In this document: one piece after another, positions 31,519 to 32,000 of the stretch
Position numbering within the stretch: the stretch's first letter is position 1
How the letters are laid out: each line of letters starts with the position of its first letter
From: a bacterium
Lineage (GTDB): Bacteria > CG03
Direction: 5' to 3'
Assembly: GCA_043825615.1 (NCBI GenBank)
Contig: JBDRRS010000004.1
Span: forward strand, 82,567 to 114,566
Length of the DNA: 32,000 nt
The notes under the pieces: model-generated
What the model was told of the DNA's origin: nothing
Database searches by the model: none
The model's input: the letters and a program-made list of their open reading frames with translations, nothing else
Program-made: the position numbers and the translations under genes

Positions 31519-31889
31519 AAAAAATACTTGTCTTTCTGATTGTGCTTTCACTTTGTGTAAATCCGTTATCCGCTCAAGAAAAAGAAGAATTTAAACCCTT
31601 AACGTGGATTTTTCAAAATGGCATTAAATTTTTTATGAAATTCCTGACTAAATACGACGGGCCGAGATGCCCGCATTCCCCGACCTGCTCTCTCTATACT
31701 TACAAAAACATAGCAAACTATGGTTTTTTAAAGGGCTGGACAATGGGTGCGGCGAGACGCCTGCGCTGTTCCCCTTATACAATGCAGTGGAACCTTCCGG
31801 TTAGAGGAAGCCGCCTTTACGACCCTCCGGAGACCACCTGTCTCTGGAGTGAAAAGGAGAGAAGGAAGATTACTCCCCTCTCTCCCTAA
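31512..31889 (+). CDS. YidD-like (PF01809-type) protein, extended 125-aa form with a hydrophobic N-terminus
   Basis: The signature is RCPHSPTCSLYTY....YGFLKG......RL.RCSPY. Confidence 0.7.
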   Translation: MVKKILVFLIVLSLCVNPLSAQEKEEFKPLTWIFQNGIKFFMKFLTKYDGPRCPHSPTCSLYTYKNIANYGFLKGWTMGAARRLRCSPYTMQWNLPVRGSRLYDPPETTCLWSEKERRKITPLSP

Positions 31890-31898
31890 TTTTCTTTA

Positions 31899-32000
31899 TT
31901 ACAGACCCTCGTCTGACTCAACTTCCGACCAGGTCTTCCCTCCCATGATGCTAAAAAAATCAATGATCTGCGGGATCGGGCTTATAACAAGCTGGAGCCA
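31899..32000 (-). CDS. 3' end of an unidentified convergent gene (33 codons visible)
   Basis: The open frame ..WLQLVISPIPQIIDFFSIMGGKTWSEVESDEGL* runs in from the window edge. It is too short to identify. Confidence 0.25.
   Translation of the reverse strand, partial: WLQLVISPIPQIIDFFSIMGGKTWSEVESDEGL

Overview
Most of this window (about 3.6-30.1 kb) is one unidirectional minus-strand array of tightly packed, often start/stop-overlapping housekeeping genes from a Gram-negative-type, probably anaerobic bacterium. The Gram-negative call rests on LpxL-like, Lgt and AsmA-like genes; the anaerobic call rests on Rnf and radical SAM genes. Gene order on the minus strand is trxA-lgt-rnfDGEAB-asmA-like-cinA-hypothetical, then an AT-rich island, then rpmE-prfA-prmC-murA-hisD-hisB-hisA-hisI-PP-loop ATPase-cysE-nifS-nadA-permease-lpxL-like. 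Plus-strand genes occur only at the edges: a partial molybdopterin oxidoreductase and yjbQ on the left, and two TPR-type proteins plus a YidD-like gene on the right. Three things go beyond ordinary annotation. (1) There are two AT-rich islands; 60-nt lines I counted gave about 22-27% GC inside them against about 50% in the core. Island 1 (1.3-3.1 kb) carries a signal-peptide methyltransferase and a DUF4160/DUF2442 pair, the DUF4160 gene being frameshifted. A duplicated ~140-bp promoter-proximal module with a perfect CACGTG-centred palindrome lies upstream of each of these two units and so brackets the pair. Island 2 (15.6-21.5 kb) carries rSAM-GT2-rSAM plus a GT-C/TPR transferase and is bounded by gene fragments. 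It is my best candidate for an undescribed envelope glycosylation or modification module. (2) A C-rich (G-rich on the plus strand) intergenic repeat family sits at four operon junctions and carries the Shine-Dalgarno of the downstream gene. Three of its five copies contain a mini-ORF ending in L-P-P-P plus zero or one residue, then a stop. (3) There is a GGGGAC-hairpin repeat family, and a 161-nt highly structured insert upstream of rnfD flanked by a perfect 19-bp duplication of the rnfD SD+ATG. I found no rRNA, tRNA, CRISPR array, transposase or integrase. All functional calls come from reading the translated ORFs by eye; no database search was run.
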